From Felis catus (taxonomy: Eukaryota), in contig NC_058369.1 of NCBI RefSeq assembly GCF_018350175.1, positions 23,872,001-23,936,000 of the forward strand: a stretch of DNA of 64,000 nt, given 5' to 3'. Below, in pieces: positions 27,022 through 40,254 of this stretch. Made by a program: the position numbers and the translations under genes. Position 1 is the first letter of the stretch. Each line of letters starts with the position of its first letter. Under the pieces are notes generated by a model, which saw only the letters and a list, made by a program, of their open reading frames with translations, ran no database searches and was not told where the DNA came from.

Positions 27022-27811
27022 TTTAAATAAAATTGAGACTCTGAATTATAAATGCAAACCAGTTTTCACTATAAACATTAGGTCTCTGGGTTTCAGGATA
27101 CACAGAGAAAATAATGAGAGGTGAACTCACAAATGTCCTCTAGACTTTTGGATGCTGGAGTGGGCTAATAAGTGACCACAGAGATATAATGATAAGGGGC
27201 CTCTGGGGCCAGGATGAAGGGGGGGTCAAAGAGATGCCCAAAGTAGGTCAGAGGGAGAGAGAGCAGCAGGAGCCCACATGCAGGCTCAGGTCTGGGCCAG
27301 GCAATTTCAGTTGCAGCATCAGTGAGCTGCCAATAGGCTGGTTGATCTTGGCAGGCCACTGAAGTCCCAAGTACCTCTATTTTACCATCTGTAAAAATGA
27401 GAGGAATAATAACACCTCCTGTTTCTTCAATTTAAAATGAACATAAAGAGAATGAGCAGCACTTCTAAAGTTAGGAGTTAGAACCTTTAACTGTTCTACA
27501 ACAAACATGCATTTCTTGTGTGGTAAAGAAAAACAGCTTTGTAAAAGTTACTTATTAAGGAAATAATTAGTGTAGTATATGAACACACAGAGCTGACCTA
27601 ATATTATAGGAAATGTGAGGGCCTGGACCTTAGAAAATGCTGATGTTTGAAATGCAAGACTAGTCACTTACTATGACCTGGAGCAAGTTACTGAACTTTT
27701 CTCAAGGCTCAGTTTGTGTGTGTGTTAAAGTTAGGACAATATCATACTCCATGGGAGGACTGTCAGCAACAAAAAAAGATAAAATATATAAAGTGTTCTG
27801 GCACTTAGTAG

Positions 27812-27813
<2 letters not shown>

Positions 27814-27859
<46 letters not shown>

Positions 27860-27906
27860 CAGAGAGAGACAGAGAGAGACAGAGAGAGACAGAGAGAGAC
27901 AGAGAA
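27814..27906. repeat. Compound microsatellite (TG)n + (GA)/(GAGAGAGACA)n at the tail of a MIR (about 27640-27810)
   Basis: Directly visible. Confidence 0.95.
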
Positions 27907-28337
27907 ATAATACATGACCGGGACTTGGGGTGTAGACCAAGGCTATTAAATCTATGACCTAGTATCTATGATCCATAGTAGGCATCAAGAAGGTAGGTGA
28001 ATCCCTTGAAATTTATTTTGTGCCTGTGGATTTTCTAGAAAGACAATCCTCAGTTATTATGTTTTCCATCTAAGGGGTCCATGACCTTGTAAAGGTTAAG
28101 CATGCCTATACAGATAAAGAAATAGACCAATGTATACTTTGCTCCCATGTTGCCCACTGCCCCTAATCTAATTCTGAGTGCATAAACAGTGGTTATCTAG
28201 AGCGAATCTCCCCCATGAAAATATACCAGGTTCTCCTTTATGGAGGAAAACTGGGACCTGGAAGAAACTATCCCTTTGACAGAGACCAAAATTTCATAGT
28301 AAATAGTAATAGTGGGGAAGAGATTTGGTACTTTATA

Positions 28338-28371
28338 TTTTTTTTTCTTTCTTTTCTTTTCTTTTTTTTTT

Positions 28372-28418
<47 letters not shown>

Positions 28419-28561
28419 AACGAATCTCAGACAGGCTCCATGTTCAGTGCAGAGCCTGATGCAGGGCTTGGTCTCACGATCTTGGGATCACGATCTTGGG
28501 ATCACGATCTGAGCCAAAGCCAAGAGTTGGACACTCAACTGACTGAGCCACCCAGGTGCCC
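28338..28561 (-). mobile_element. Can-SINE with (GA)n tract and internal 14-bp duplication
   Basis: Ends gactgagccacccaggtgccc; (GA)n 28372-28412. Confidence 0.93.
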
Positions 28562-29999
28562 TGGCATTTTATCTTTAAAACTGAGGCTAAAATTTTTAGA
28601 AATTACTACATATATCTTATTTTTTATAAAATTTAGCTTGCAATGCCAACAACTCACTAGTTTGCATAAAGAACAAAAAGTAAAATATGTGGGATTTTTA
28701 TTTGGCCTATTTCTTTTCCTGACCAGGTTGTACGAGTACATGATGTGACATCCTTTATATTTCCATGAGCACAGTTATAAAGAGGGTGGCATTCACAAAC
28801 ATATTCCAGACTTTTACCATTTTCCCAAGGATCTATTATAAGCCTCTAACATCCAGTCACTCACTGGGAAGCCCCTGGGCTGTGATCATGCTTACTGACT
28901 TTTCCTTTTTTAAACTGATAAGAAATTATCTTCATTTGTTAATAAATTTGCTTGTGACACAAACTTGGTTTCCAACATCACTTTCATCAACTTGATAAAA
29001 TCTTGTGTCTTTTGGGAAATTTGCTTTTCATTTTTCATATGATATATAATCTATTTTCACTGTACTCTTAGATACTGGATAATCCAGAAAAGACAGATGT
29101 ACAAAGAGCTGACTCTCAACACAGTGGGAGGCCCAGCATTAAATGGGGGAAGATGTCTAAATGAGCCTAATTTGATAAGCGGTCAATTATTTCATGAATG
29201 TTTTAATGTCATGGCAACTTTGGCTTTCCTACAATCTTTGAACCACCAGCTTCAGAGAGTAAATTTTTAGATAAAGGGAATTTAAGGAAAACCCCTGGAT
29301 CGTTAGTAGAAACTGGTACCAAGTTGGTGAAGGGACAAAAAGACCTTTTCAATGCTTTCTCCCATAGAAGCCATGTTGTGCATAGTGACCGATGAGGGAG
29401 AAAGAATACATTTCAGGCAAGTGTATGTTATACAAACCCCTTCAGGATCGGTCCATGAACTCCTGTCTAGTAGAAAATGAGGCCCACATTCCAAACCAAT
29501 TTCACAAACCCCCCGCCTCCCCGACTTTGTTAATAACAACTCATTTTTACATAGGGGGTTGCCTATTCTGCAATTGTGTTATAGTGAATTTTTGCTTATT
29601 GTGTTTCTGGATAATAAGGTGTGCCTGTGTTCTCTTCTCACATATCAGTTTGCAGAAAGTAATTGCCCTGCAATTCTTAACCCACCCCCTTCATGCATTC
29701 CTTTCTGCATTGTTCTAGTTTCTTGTGTCTGTGTTGTCACCTGAGAGCTGATCTTCCTTGACTGAAGTCCATTCGAGGAGCACCTTTATCCCTCAAGATG
29801 TCTGGTGCAAAGATGGGCTGTTTTGACTGAACTAACAAAACATGTAGAGAACATCTTTTCCCAAAGTACTCTTGTGTTGCTTCCCCAAGAAAAGTCAGTA
29901 TGTAAAATAAAACTGGTAGCATTCAGACTCATGACTTGGAGTTTGTTTTTTTTTTTTGGTGGAGGGGGGAGGAGTGTTACTTTATAAATATAACCCGAA

Positions 30000-30380
30000 G
30001 AATAATGATATTAATATTTGCTCATTTTTTAACCAACATCTTATGAGGTGCGAGACACTGTTAGGCATTTTATAATACATATTCTATTTTAATCCTTATA
30101 ATAACCCTCCCTGTATGGGTTTTTTTTTTTCTGTAGAATGAAAGTTCCATATAGGCAAGTATTTTTCTCTTTTTGTTTACTGTTGCATCCCTGATGCCTA
30201 GAACAGTGCCTGGAATACAGCAGGCACCCAATCAATATTTGTTGAATAATGAATGAATCCCCATTTTCACATAAAGAAACTGAGTCACAAGGAGGCCAAT
30301 TATAAGCAATTTGCTGAAGGGCATGGAGGTGATAAGGGATAAATCATATTTCAAACAAAATCTAATACCAAAACCTACGG
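30000..30380 (-). mobile_element. MIR with a plus-strand L2 3' end (about 30130-30258) inserted
   Basis: MIR halves flank tagaatgaaagttccatataggcaag...agaacagtgcctggaatacag...aatatttgttgaataatgaatgaa. Confidence 0.75.
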
Positions 30381-31689
30381 TCTTAAAAGATATGCTCTCT
30401 CCTCCATTCAATACATACACATCCACTCCCACAATCACACCCACAAACACACACTGATACCCACCTGCACTTAGACACACACATGCAGAGGCTGCCCCAG
30501 CTTGTCCACTCCCTCAGCAAATCACTGGCCAATTGCTGAAGGGACAAAAATCCAACCTCCCTCATCCCAAGTCTGTCCTCCAACAAAAGTCCTCCGTGGG
30601 CTCTTCTGTCCACAGTTCTCACTAGTTTGTGGTGACCTCCTTGCCCAGTTCTCATTCCCTGTGTCACCCCCCCCCCCCCCCGAAGACTTTTAATTATAAC
30701 CACCACACAGTCTATACTGTCGGGGAGAGAGCCTGTTTGGCAACAGCTGCGAAAGCTGAACTAAGTTATTTAGGGATTAATCCGCTGCTGAATGTAGTCT
30801 TACAAGTATGGCTTTGGGGGAAAAAAAGATAAAAGGAGCTAATGCCGTTTGTATAAATGTGAACTTATATACAACACAGACGCAGGCACACCCACAAGTA
30901 CGTGGACTAAAAGTTAAAATATGATTATCAAAGGATAAGAAGGACTTACAACTGTAATGTAAAACATTAAGAAATATGTCCCGGCTTTCTGTGTTCTGCA
31001 GGGATACAAGTGTGCTCTCAGCCAAGGAGAGGAGGGAAAAAAGAGAGATAGCAAATTGAAATATCTTTAGGTAGACTTAAACATAGCTTCAGAGATTATA
31101 ATTCAGATCAAGGCTAGAGCTCCATTTCAACATTCCTTGACTGCTAGTAATATAACAAAGGCCTGCAAATTGGGAGGTACGTCCGCTTGGGTAGGGATGC
31201 TTATCTGATCTCAGCCCATCTTTCTTCATGTTTCAATCCCAGAACAGCTGCCCTCCTCTTGGTGAGAAATTCAGCAATGGCAGCCGAAAACCCAGCAGGC
31301 CAAAAAAAGCACAGCTGACTGAGACCCAGTTGAGGCAGCTCCCCCACCCAGGGTGTGTGTGCCCTCTGCTGGGTGGAGTAGATGTGGGCTGCTGCTGGGA
31401 CATCTCAGGTGGCTGCTGGCAGGAAGCTGCCACGCCCCACAGTAAGGTAGTGCCCACTGGTCCCCCGGTGGGAGGGGGTGGCAGGACAGTGACAGACAAC
31501 GTGGCCTTAAGAAGATGGTGGCTCAAAAGGGGCTTGGCTGCTTTGCCACATGTCCAGGCAGATCTCCTGAAGCTGGGGGGGTGAGATTGTGGGGGGCGGG
31601 TATCTTTTCCTAACGTGCTCATTCATTTACTTGTTCGTTTGTTCATTCACCTTTCATTCACTCAAATATTAACAAAGCAATGCAGTGCA

Positions 31690-31945
31690 TCAGTCATATG
31701 CACGGACTTGGGAGGACAGACTTGGGCGGGACTTCCAGCCCTCACATGTACTGGCTGTGAGACTTTGGGGGGAGTCACCTGACCAAACTTCAGTATCCTC
31801 ACCTGTACAGTAGAAATGATAACAGTGCCCACACCTCATAGGGCTGCTGCTAGAAGACTATGAGTTAGTTCCAGATAAAGATCTTTACATACTTCCTGGA
31901 GCATAGTAAGTGCTCAACAAATGGCAAACATTAGGATGAGGATGG
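31690..31945 (+). mobile_element. MIR SINE
   Basis: ctggctgtgagactttgggg...cctcacctgtacag...cctcatagggctgctg...catagtaagtgctcaacaaatg. Confidence 0.8.
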
Positions 31946-33499
31946 CAGTCATGTCAGAGTCATCAAAGATCTCTTACACAGGCTGTTGCCTCCTATGGCA
32001 CCTTGCATGGTGTTGACAAGCAGAAAAAGCTTACCTAGTAGTAACAAGATAAAATGTAAAAAGTAAATAAGTCCTTAGGGAAAGTTCCAGAGAAAGCCCC
32101 AGAGAGAAAGAGAGACCACTGGACCTAGAGTTTCTCTACCAAAAAAGGATATCACTATCCCACTGCCTAGGTGTAGAGACGTGGCTGCCGCTGTCTGGGC
32201 ACCTTCTAAGGGGCTGGAGCATACAAAGGGCTCCCAGTAGGTCAAAAGGAGAGAAGCTGTTTCTGCTGTTATGCTCCTTCAGAAGATAGCCTTTGTGGGT
32301 CACTGGAGGGAGGCAGAAGAGAGGGGGCGAAAGTGGGGTGGGGAGGGGACACATACTGCCAAGACACTGAACAACTTGTTGCTCTGTGTTGTTGAGCAAG
32401 GCTGAGCAAGGACATGAATGGAGGCTCCCTTTCATCTCTAATATCTCAGAACTTCAGGCTCATCTGAAAGGCCAGCTCCCTGAGAATGTCCTGAGGAACA
32501 CAAGTTCTACAAGGTGTCCTCCTCAAAAGCATTCCGGGGCCACATACATAAGTACATTTGTGACATGCGTCAGACTATACCTCCCTCTTAGAGTCTGAGT
32601 GCTCATTAGCATAGTAAAGGCACTGAGAAGTCCTGCAACAATCTGCTTAGCTTAGTTTAGTTCAAAATTATTCAAAATAGTTATTTAATAATACCTATGT
32701 CCCAATCCTCTCATTTCATATATAAAGGAGGAGTGCAGGTCTACAGTGAAGAAGAGGCTTTCTCAACGTCAAACCACACAGTCAGAGAAGAGCTAAATCT
32801 GATTTCTAGTTCTGGTGAAGAAGTCTTTGCCTTCCTCCTCCTTTCTCCATGGAGCCAGGACACCCCTGGTATGTGCCACTGCTCCTCGAAGTAGGTGGTG
32901 ACGATGCTGACATTCCTGTCAAGCAGAAGTCATTCAAAGTGACTGCCTTATAACACACTGCTAACAACAAATCTTAAAAGCTTAAATCAACAAAGCTTAA
33001 AAGCTAACAACAAAATCTTAAAAACAAATCTGAAATGTCCGGCAGGGAACAGATTGTAAATCCCAGTTTTTGGAAGACATGCAGGTGGGTAAGGAAGCAG
33101 GGGAAAAGCACAGGATTCAGTATCCCAGGCTGTCCACTGCCAGAGCTGGCCACATGCGCTGAGTCACAGAGCCTCAGTTTCCTCATTGAGAAACAAAAGG
33201 ATTATCTCTGAGTTCTATTTGTGATTCCAGAGAAGAAATTCTTGGTAGAATCCAGGCTGACTACATGGTGTTCTGGGGAGCCCCAAATCTACCATTGCAA
33301 CTCTTACCCCCTCCCCACCCTTGGTGATTGTTATGCTTCTCTGCTTCCTCACATAACACAGCATCCCCTGCTCAAAATCCTCCCAAGACTCTCTAGTTGT
33401 CCAGGAAGAACACTCAGCCTACTTTCGCTGGTCTGCATACCTACGTACTTACCTGTGTACTTAGCTACTGCCTGCCTCTCCAGTATCATCTCTTACCAC

Positions 33500-33815
33500 C
33501 TTCCCTTTCCCACCTGATCACTTCCACCCTGGCTTCCTGCTGCTGGCTCCCTCAGCTCTGGTGTCACATTCCTCCATCAGCCTTTTGGACAATTTTATCT
33601 GAGGCAGCATCCTCACCCTTATGCTTTTAAATTACCTGCTTAATTTAAAGCAGAATTTACAAGAGAATGTAAAACCCTTGAGGGCAGAGTATTGTTTGTT
33701 TACTGCTCTATACTACTGCTTGTTTAGGCACAAAGACTGGCAAAAAGAAGGTGGTTGGTAAATTTCAGTGAAGTGAAGTGAAGTGAAGTGGAGTGAAGTG
33801 AATGAATGGATGGAT
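33500..33815 (+). mobile_element. L2 3' end with (GAAGT)n tail expansion
   Basis: gaatgtaaaacccttgagggcagag...then gtgaagtgaagtg repeats at 33768-33801. Confidence 0.65.
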
Positions 33816-35289
33816 TCTTTGCCAAGAAAAAGATGGCTTACCCTTTTAAGATGCAGGTGAAATAAAACTGTCTGAATTCTCAGGCAGAACTGAAGAGCTA
33901 CCTGCTTTGTTTTCCCAAAGCCCTTTTTGCTTGCCTCTCAGAGGACAATGAATGCAACTCTGTCTTCTCTGCTTTCAGGGCACACATCTGCTTTGAGGGC
34001 AGTGACCAGTGTGTCGTCCTGTAAGTCCTAGGCCTCCTGCAGGTCCTCCACAGTGCTTAGAGAATTAATGAATTGCTCTTCTAGAACCCAAACATCTCTG
34101 TATTCACACAATCAAGGGTTTGCTTCCTCTCCAGGAAAGATAAGCCAGAGGAGTTTTAAAGCCTACGTTTAAACTGTTTACAACTCCGTGTCCGTGTGTG
34201 TGTCCCCCAAGAGAAAGATCATCTGGAAGCCACGTGGTCTAGTGGAAGGAGCATTTAGTGGGAGCCTTGCATCTTGGGTTCTACTCTCAGGCCTTGCTTG
34301 AGCTGGCCTATTCACCTCCCTGAACCTTTGCTATCTTGTTATTAGAGGGGAAGGGGTTGAAAAGCCTGAAATCTGAACACCCTCCTAGTCTTTACTTGCT
34401 TTGCCTTTGTGGCTCAGTCCTCCATATTCTCCCTCTAAATAGCCCATACATGTGATGTGATAAGGGCCATGTCTGATAAGGGTAGCCAAACAAGCATTTT
34501 GCTAAGAAAAATGTTACGTTAAAAAAAAACACCCCAAGTCACCCATTGTGCTCTAATTGGTGTTTTAATTCAGACTGCATCTGCCATGCACAAGCTTGTC
34601 CCAAATGAGGGGACTTACAAATTTGCTAAGGGTTCAGGACTTCCCACAGATTGCAAAAAAGTCAGAATCACAGCAGCTCCAAAGCTCCAAACCCTACTGC
34701 ATTTCATTCTACCCAGCCCTGCAGATGAGCTTCAAAGCCTGCTTGGTCAGCAAACATTTCTGCTGGCCTGGAAAAGCTCTGCAGTTCTTCCCAGCCATTC
34801 CCTACTAGGACTGGGACACCAGAGCAATGAAGAGTGGGGATAAGCCATTTTCCATTCCTGTGAACATTTCAGGGCCTGGAGCCTGCCTTCTTTCAGATTC
34901 CATGGACCTTTGCTAATTTGTATGACAGCTTCAATGTAAATAGGACACATCTGCATGGGTTAAAAAAATAGCCACTCATTGTAAAGGGCAGTGCACTGTG
35001 TTTATTTATTATCTACAACTGGAAATCAGGTTCTGTTTCTGGTCTAGGACAGCTGATGGTTTGCGACAACCTCCAAGGCATTTTGGAATAGTTTTAGTTG
35101 ACTATTGACTTTAAAAAGCATTTTATGCTCATTTTATTTTCCATGATTCTTTCTCAACTATCCAGCTGGGAGAAGAAAATGAGCATCTATAAAGGCGGAT
35201 ATTTACAGTATGCATATCTCATGTACCTCATGGGGCATACACACCTGACAGATGTCAGCTGTCTGGTGATGACCACACTCCTCTTCATA

Positions 35290-35510
35290 GTATTAATAAC
35301 GCCTATTTGCTGGGCAGGTACTTAGTGCCAAGCAAGGGCTTCATGGACCTTCTCTCCTTTAGTCCTCTCAATCACCTTAGGAAGCACATGTCATCATTTT
35401 GCTCAGAAATGAGGAAAGTGAGGCACAGAGAGAATTAAGCACACTAAGACTATAATACTGGAAAGCACTGGGATTGGATTTGAGTCCACAGCCTATGTTC
35501 TTAAGCATCT
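35290..35510 (-). mobile_element. MIR SINE
   Basis: agaaatgaggaaagtgaggcacagagagaattaag...ggatttgagtcca. Confidence 0.75.
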
Positions 35511-35939
35511 TAGCATCCTGTAGTAGCCTCACACTTAGCTACCAAGCTGGGCTACCAGTTAAGGAATACATAGGAGTCTAAAGTTAAATCTGGGGGGGTG
35601 GGTAAAGGAATTTATTTAAAAAAAGGCATAAACTCAGGTTTGAAAAACACTTCTTTAGTTTCAGTTCAGAAGGAAGTCTTTAGTTTTACTCAATTATCTC
35701 TCCTGAAATTGATTACACTTTATACACATACGTCCCATGTATATGTATACATCCAAAATCACTATTTCTATAGTTATTTTTTTATGAATTCCTCTATCAT
35801 TCACCTAACTTCTATTGAATTCAACAGGTAAGATAATAAAAGATTATGCCTACCAGTAATAATGATGACAGACCAGCAAGTAACATTTTTGGTTATTTAT
35901 CACAGCCTGAAAATGTAGGAAGAAATATGAGAAGTCATC

Positions 35940-36285
35940 TTGAAAATTGTAACAAGTTATTGTAATCTGTCAAAAGAGCACCATAAAACAATGACAAAGA
36001 TAATACTGATGTGGAAAGATGTCCAAACTACATGAAGTGCAAATCAGGGAGTTATACAATAATTTACATAATACAAACTCATTTCTTATGAAAATGTGTG
36101 TGCGTGTGCACGTGTGTGTGTGTGTGTGTGTGTGCATGCATAAGTCTATAAGAATCTCTGGAAGGGCACAGAGTCAGTGGATTTAGGGATGTTGATGAGG
36201 GAACTTCCACTTTTCACTTCAAGCATTTCTGGTATGTCTAACTTTTTATGAGCATGTATTTTTAATTTAAATAGCAATAAAGATG
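35940..36285 (+). mobile_element. Old L1 3' fragment containing (TG)n at 36095-36134
   Basis: actgatgtggaaagatgtccaa...tctggaaggg...ttccacttttcactt...gagcatgtatt. Confidence 0.6.
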
Positions 36286-37849
36286 ACATTTAAAAGCACT
36301 CCCAGCCAGCTGACACAGGCAGCCCAGGTCACCACTGGTGTGCTCTCCATGGTGGTTCCTGCCATCGAGGCCACATCTGCTCTCCCAGGTCATCTACCTG
36401 CTAGCCCCTCTCTGTCTTGGAAAGCCCACACCATCTCAGAATACCAGGGCTGGCGAAATCAGCTAAAATGCCCCAAGCATCTTTCTGTGTGATTCTTCAG
36501 CTACTCAGGTCTCCCTCCTTTTCATCCTCTTCCTGGCTACATGTCCTCATGGCCTTACCCTCTGCATGCAGCAAGGGCAAAGTTGCCAGGAACTGCTAGC
36601 ACCCCAGACAAGGGTGCTGAGCTAGTCATCTTGATGAGGAAGGCTTACTCCAAGCCAGCTGGTCAAGAGGACATTAAAGGAATGCACAGATCTCAGCTCC
36701 TCCAGTCAAGCAACCTCTAGGCTCGAGTAACCCCTTTGCTCTTGGCCTGTCCAACTGGCCCACCTATGCTAAGCTCTGGTGTGAAAAGCTCGCATGCTTG
36801 GTTTTTCAGAAGGTGCGCTGCCCAGCCGATCTGCAGGACACACATCAGGTGCCGGGTGGCAGCAGCTGCCAATCAGACGGCTTTTCTGCGTGAGCCTACT
36901 TCCCCCGAGCTTTGAGAACGCGGTTTCCAATCTGACTTTCATGTTTCGGGGCTGAAGTTTCAAGGACGCATCTGGACAAAATATGCTTTCCATGTAGGCC
37001 AATTTATTTATTTATTGCTTATGACATTGTACTTGGCAGCTAAGGAGATATAAAACAATTTGAACCACTCTGCAGAAAACGGTTGCAGAGTTGCCACTGG
37101 AGACCCCAGTGGAAGATAATGGAGGAGAATGGAATCTCGCAGATCTTTCTGTAATTGACAGGCAGAGCCTCAGAGGCAAGCGCGGCCAGTGGGCATTCCT
37201 GTTAGGAGCTCACTTACATCTCTTTCCAGCCTCAACTCCTGCTTTGGCACAAGCAGGAGACCAGAGGCATGTGTTGGAAGCCTCATCTGACAGGACAAAT
37301 GAAGCCAGTCTGAGGGCTTTTGCCATTCACCCCTCATCACTGGGGCAGATGGAATGTTTTAAAGGGTCTCTTGAACACTTGCTAATGCTGACTGCTTCCT
37401 TCGGCCCTTCTCCTGCTGACACTGTCTGTGTCCAACTGCTGATGCTAGTCTGCCTTTGCCTGAGGACATCTAAAGCCCCCCCAAGGCCCACCCTACACAG
37501 GCTTGTGGCACGTGAGGAGTGTGAAGGTATTGATGCCCTGGGGGAGCAGCCCTCAGCCAGTGACTGATGGGAGAGTATATACATACCCCAGCTCTCTCAC
37601 CCTCCTTCCCTAGGTAGGTCTCTGAGTTCTGTGTCCTATACTGGCTCCCAGAGGTTCCCCGCGGGAATAAGCTCCTAAGAGTCACCAGTTCCTCATAGTG
37701 GTGATTCCCTTTATTGGCTGCCTTCCCATCCCTGTCCCACTCCCCCACTGCCCTATTAATGTTTCCAGGGATCTGTCACTTCCTCTCTCTCTTCACCACA
37801 CACTCTGCTTTCTGGGTACCCCAAACATCAACATACCAGCTTGGCACTT

Positions 37850-38090
37850 CTTTTTTCAGTACTGAGACTCATTGGTCTGCTTGGGTCACGTGCCCATCCC
37901 TGAACCAATCACTATGGCCCAAGGGATGGCTCCCTTGGGGAGTGATGGGAGTCTGGGGGCAGAGGATTCTGATTGGCTGACTTGAGTCATGTGCCCATAC
38001 CCAACACAGTGTGGGCTGCTGGTATCAGAAGAGGGGGATGTGGGGGAGGGAGATTATGGGCAAACCAAAGCAGTGCTTAGTAGCCATACA
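37850..38090 (-). mobile_element. Old MaLR LTR fragment (MLT1J/K-like)
   Basis: ttgggtcacgtgcccatccctgaaccaatcact...ctgattggctgacttgagtcatgtgccca. Confidence 0.7.
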
Positions 38091-38251
38091 CTGCAGGCAG
38101 TAGCAGGCACTGAATGAATTTCACACAGTTGCTCATGCAAAATCTCTCTCCCCTGTTGCAGTTACAGTAAAAAGAAGAGGATGGAAAGACCATCACCATG
38201 TAAGTGGATCTGAGTAACCTGACTTATCAGCCTGAGACAAGGCTTAGCCAT

Positions 38252-38281
38252 GGGGCGGGGGGGGGGGGGGGGGGGGGGCGG
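38252..38281 (+). repeat. Poly-G run (G22 at 38257-38278)
   Basis: Directly visible. Confidence 0.95.
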
Positions 38282-38869
38282 AGTCCGTCATAGCAGCCAC
38301 ACAGGTGTTTAACCAAGCAAGTGCTGCTAAGTCCCAAACCCACAGGCTTTTCTCAGGGTCCAGTCCCAGCTGACTGGCAGCCCTGACATGACAAGTCAAA
38401 GCCAAGTGTCAGGACACCTGTCAAGACATCACAGCACCTCAGGGCATATGGGGTGGGAAGTTTATAGCTGCACTGACCCTTCTCCAAACACACAGAGCAA
38501 CCTGCACCTACCACCTTCAACAGAAAAGCCACTCTTCCCTGCAGAAAACAAGGGCACAGGGAAAAAAGTGAACATTTCAAACTGTGTATCATTTCCTGTT
38601 TAGTAAGGGATTGGGACAAAAGCAAACTTTTGTTCTTCGGTCAGCATACTCAAAACAGCCAACAGGAGTCACCTGTTCTGAAAGCCCCAAGTTGCCCATC
38701 CATAGGGGTGCGCTTGGCTGTCTCAACACAGCAGAAAGATGTGCTTCCAGGCTGATCCCCTACTCCCCAGGCCTTCCACGAATTACAAATTATAACCCCA
38801 TCTCACCTCCACAGACACTCTGGCGTGTCAGCCCAGAACGATACTTGGATGACGATTTAGCCAAGTCAG

Positions 38870-39630
38870 GCCTGGCTGTCATCCTAGACTCCCTCCCGTC
38901 CACAACCAAATACTGTTGGCTCTCCCTCCCAGATATCTCTGGAATCCAGCTGCCTCTCTCCATCTCTAATCCTACCCTTCCTTTATACATACCACACTTC
39001 TCTAGCTGCCGAACAGTATCCCTGTATCCACTCGCTCTCCTTCATCCATTCTTGACCATTCCATCAGAGGGATCCTTCTAAAGCATCCACATCTGATTAT
39101 GTCTCTGCTCAGCTTTTTCTTTCAATGGTTTGTTTCCCTTATAATAAAGTTCACACTTGTTAAATAGTAGAAAGTCTTTCTGACTTCAGTCCTTGCTGAT
39201 ATCTTCAGCCTCATCATCCTTTGCCATTCTGACTCTTTGCTGTCTATACTCCAGATATATTTATGAATATATGTGTATGTTTCTAGATCAGATCTATATT
39301 ATGATATTCCTTTTATTTGGAATATTCCCCTCTACCCCATATTTTCCTGGATGCCTTCTACCTTTCCTTTAGGCTCCAATTTAGAGGCCACTCTTTCTGG
39401 TTTCTAAATCTGGATTTGGCACCTCTTCCATATGTTCTCATGGCATCTGGTACCTCCTCCATCTCAGCATCTTTTGTACTAGCCTGCAATTACTTGCTTA
39501 TCCATTCTTTCTCTAGCCTGGAAGATTCATGAATATGGAGGTTGCCTTATTGATCACTGTACCCTCAGCTTCCAGTGCAAACTGGCACATGAGAGAAGCT
39601 CAGTTCATATGTGTTAAGTGTTTAAATATG
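38870..39630 (+). mobile_element. L2 3' region
   Basis: gtcatcctagactccctc...ccatcagagggatccttctaaagca...catctgattatgtc...ctggcacatgagagaagctcag. Confidence 0.75.
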
Positions 39631-40254
39631 TGATGGAACGAATGCGAGGGGTCTTGCATGCTCAGGCTTTCCATTAGCTGAATTTGAGGTCACACTTTCT
39701 GCACAGACAACTGAGATCAAATCAGCATACTGCCCCCCCACCCTGAGATAAAATGTCAGTTATGCCCCATATTTGTTTCACTTGATACTCCTTTTGGCTC
39801 CTGATGTTTATGTTCAAGGTATAAAAATGTCTCCATCACAACTTTCACCTCTAGAATTGAGTGCCTGGTGCAGGGAAGAGAGCACAATCTTTAACACAAT
39901 CTAGAGCAAGTGGACCTCCAAGGATTTGAAGAGAAATATAAGAGTGTGCACTGTGCTTTGGCTTCAAGAGTCTGGGTGTGGGGGATGGGCAGGAGTTTGT
40001 TTCCTTGACCATCCAACTTTGATTTTTTTTTTCCTCCTTGCTCAGCATATGACGGTATAGTATTCCAAGGGCATTAAAACAAGGTCAAGGGGTTTTATGT
40101 GACAAAAGGCATTCTTGGATGTGAATGTTTAGCAAGAGTTTAAATATTAGTGATTTTGCCTATGGAAGCATATTAATTGCAGGGGTGGTGGTGGTATACA
40201 CCACTGTGAAATACAGTGTTCGTGTGTGTACATTTGGGTGTGATGTCCCATAGA

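Noticed and set aside
28215..28748. 177-aa ORF with ER repeats
   Set aside because: Read-through of a SINE and its (GA)n tract.
38584..39081. 165-aa ORF
   Set aside because: Overlaps L2 relic sequence and has no coding features.
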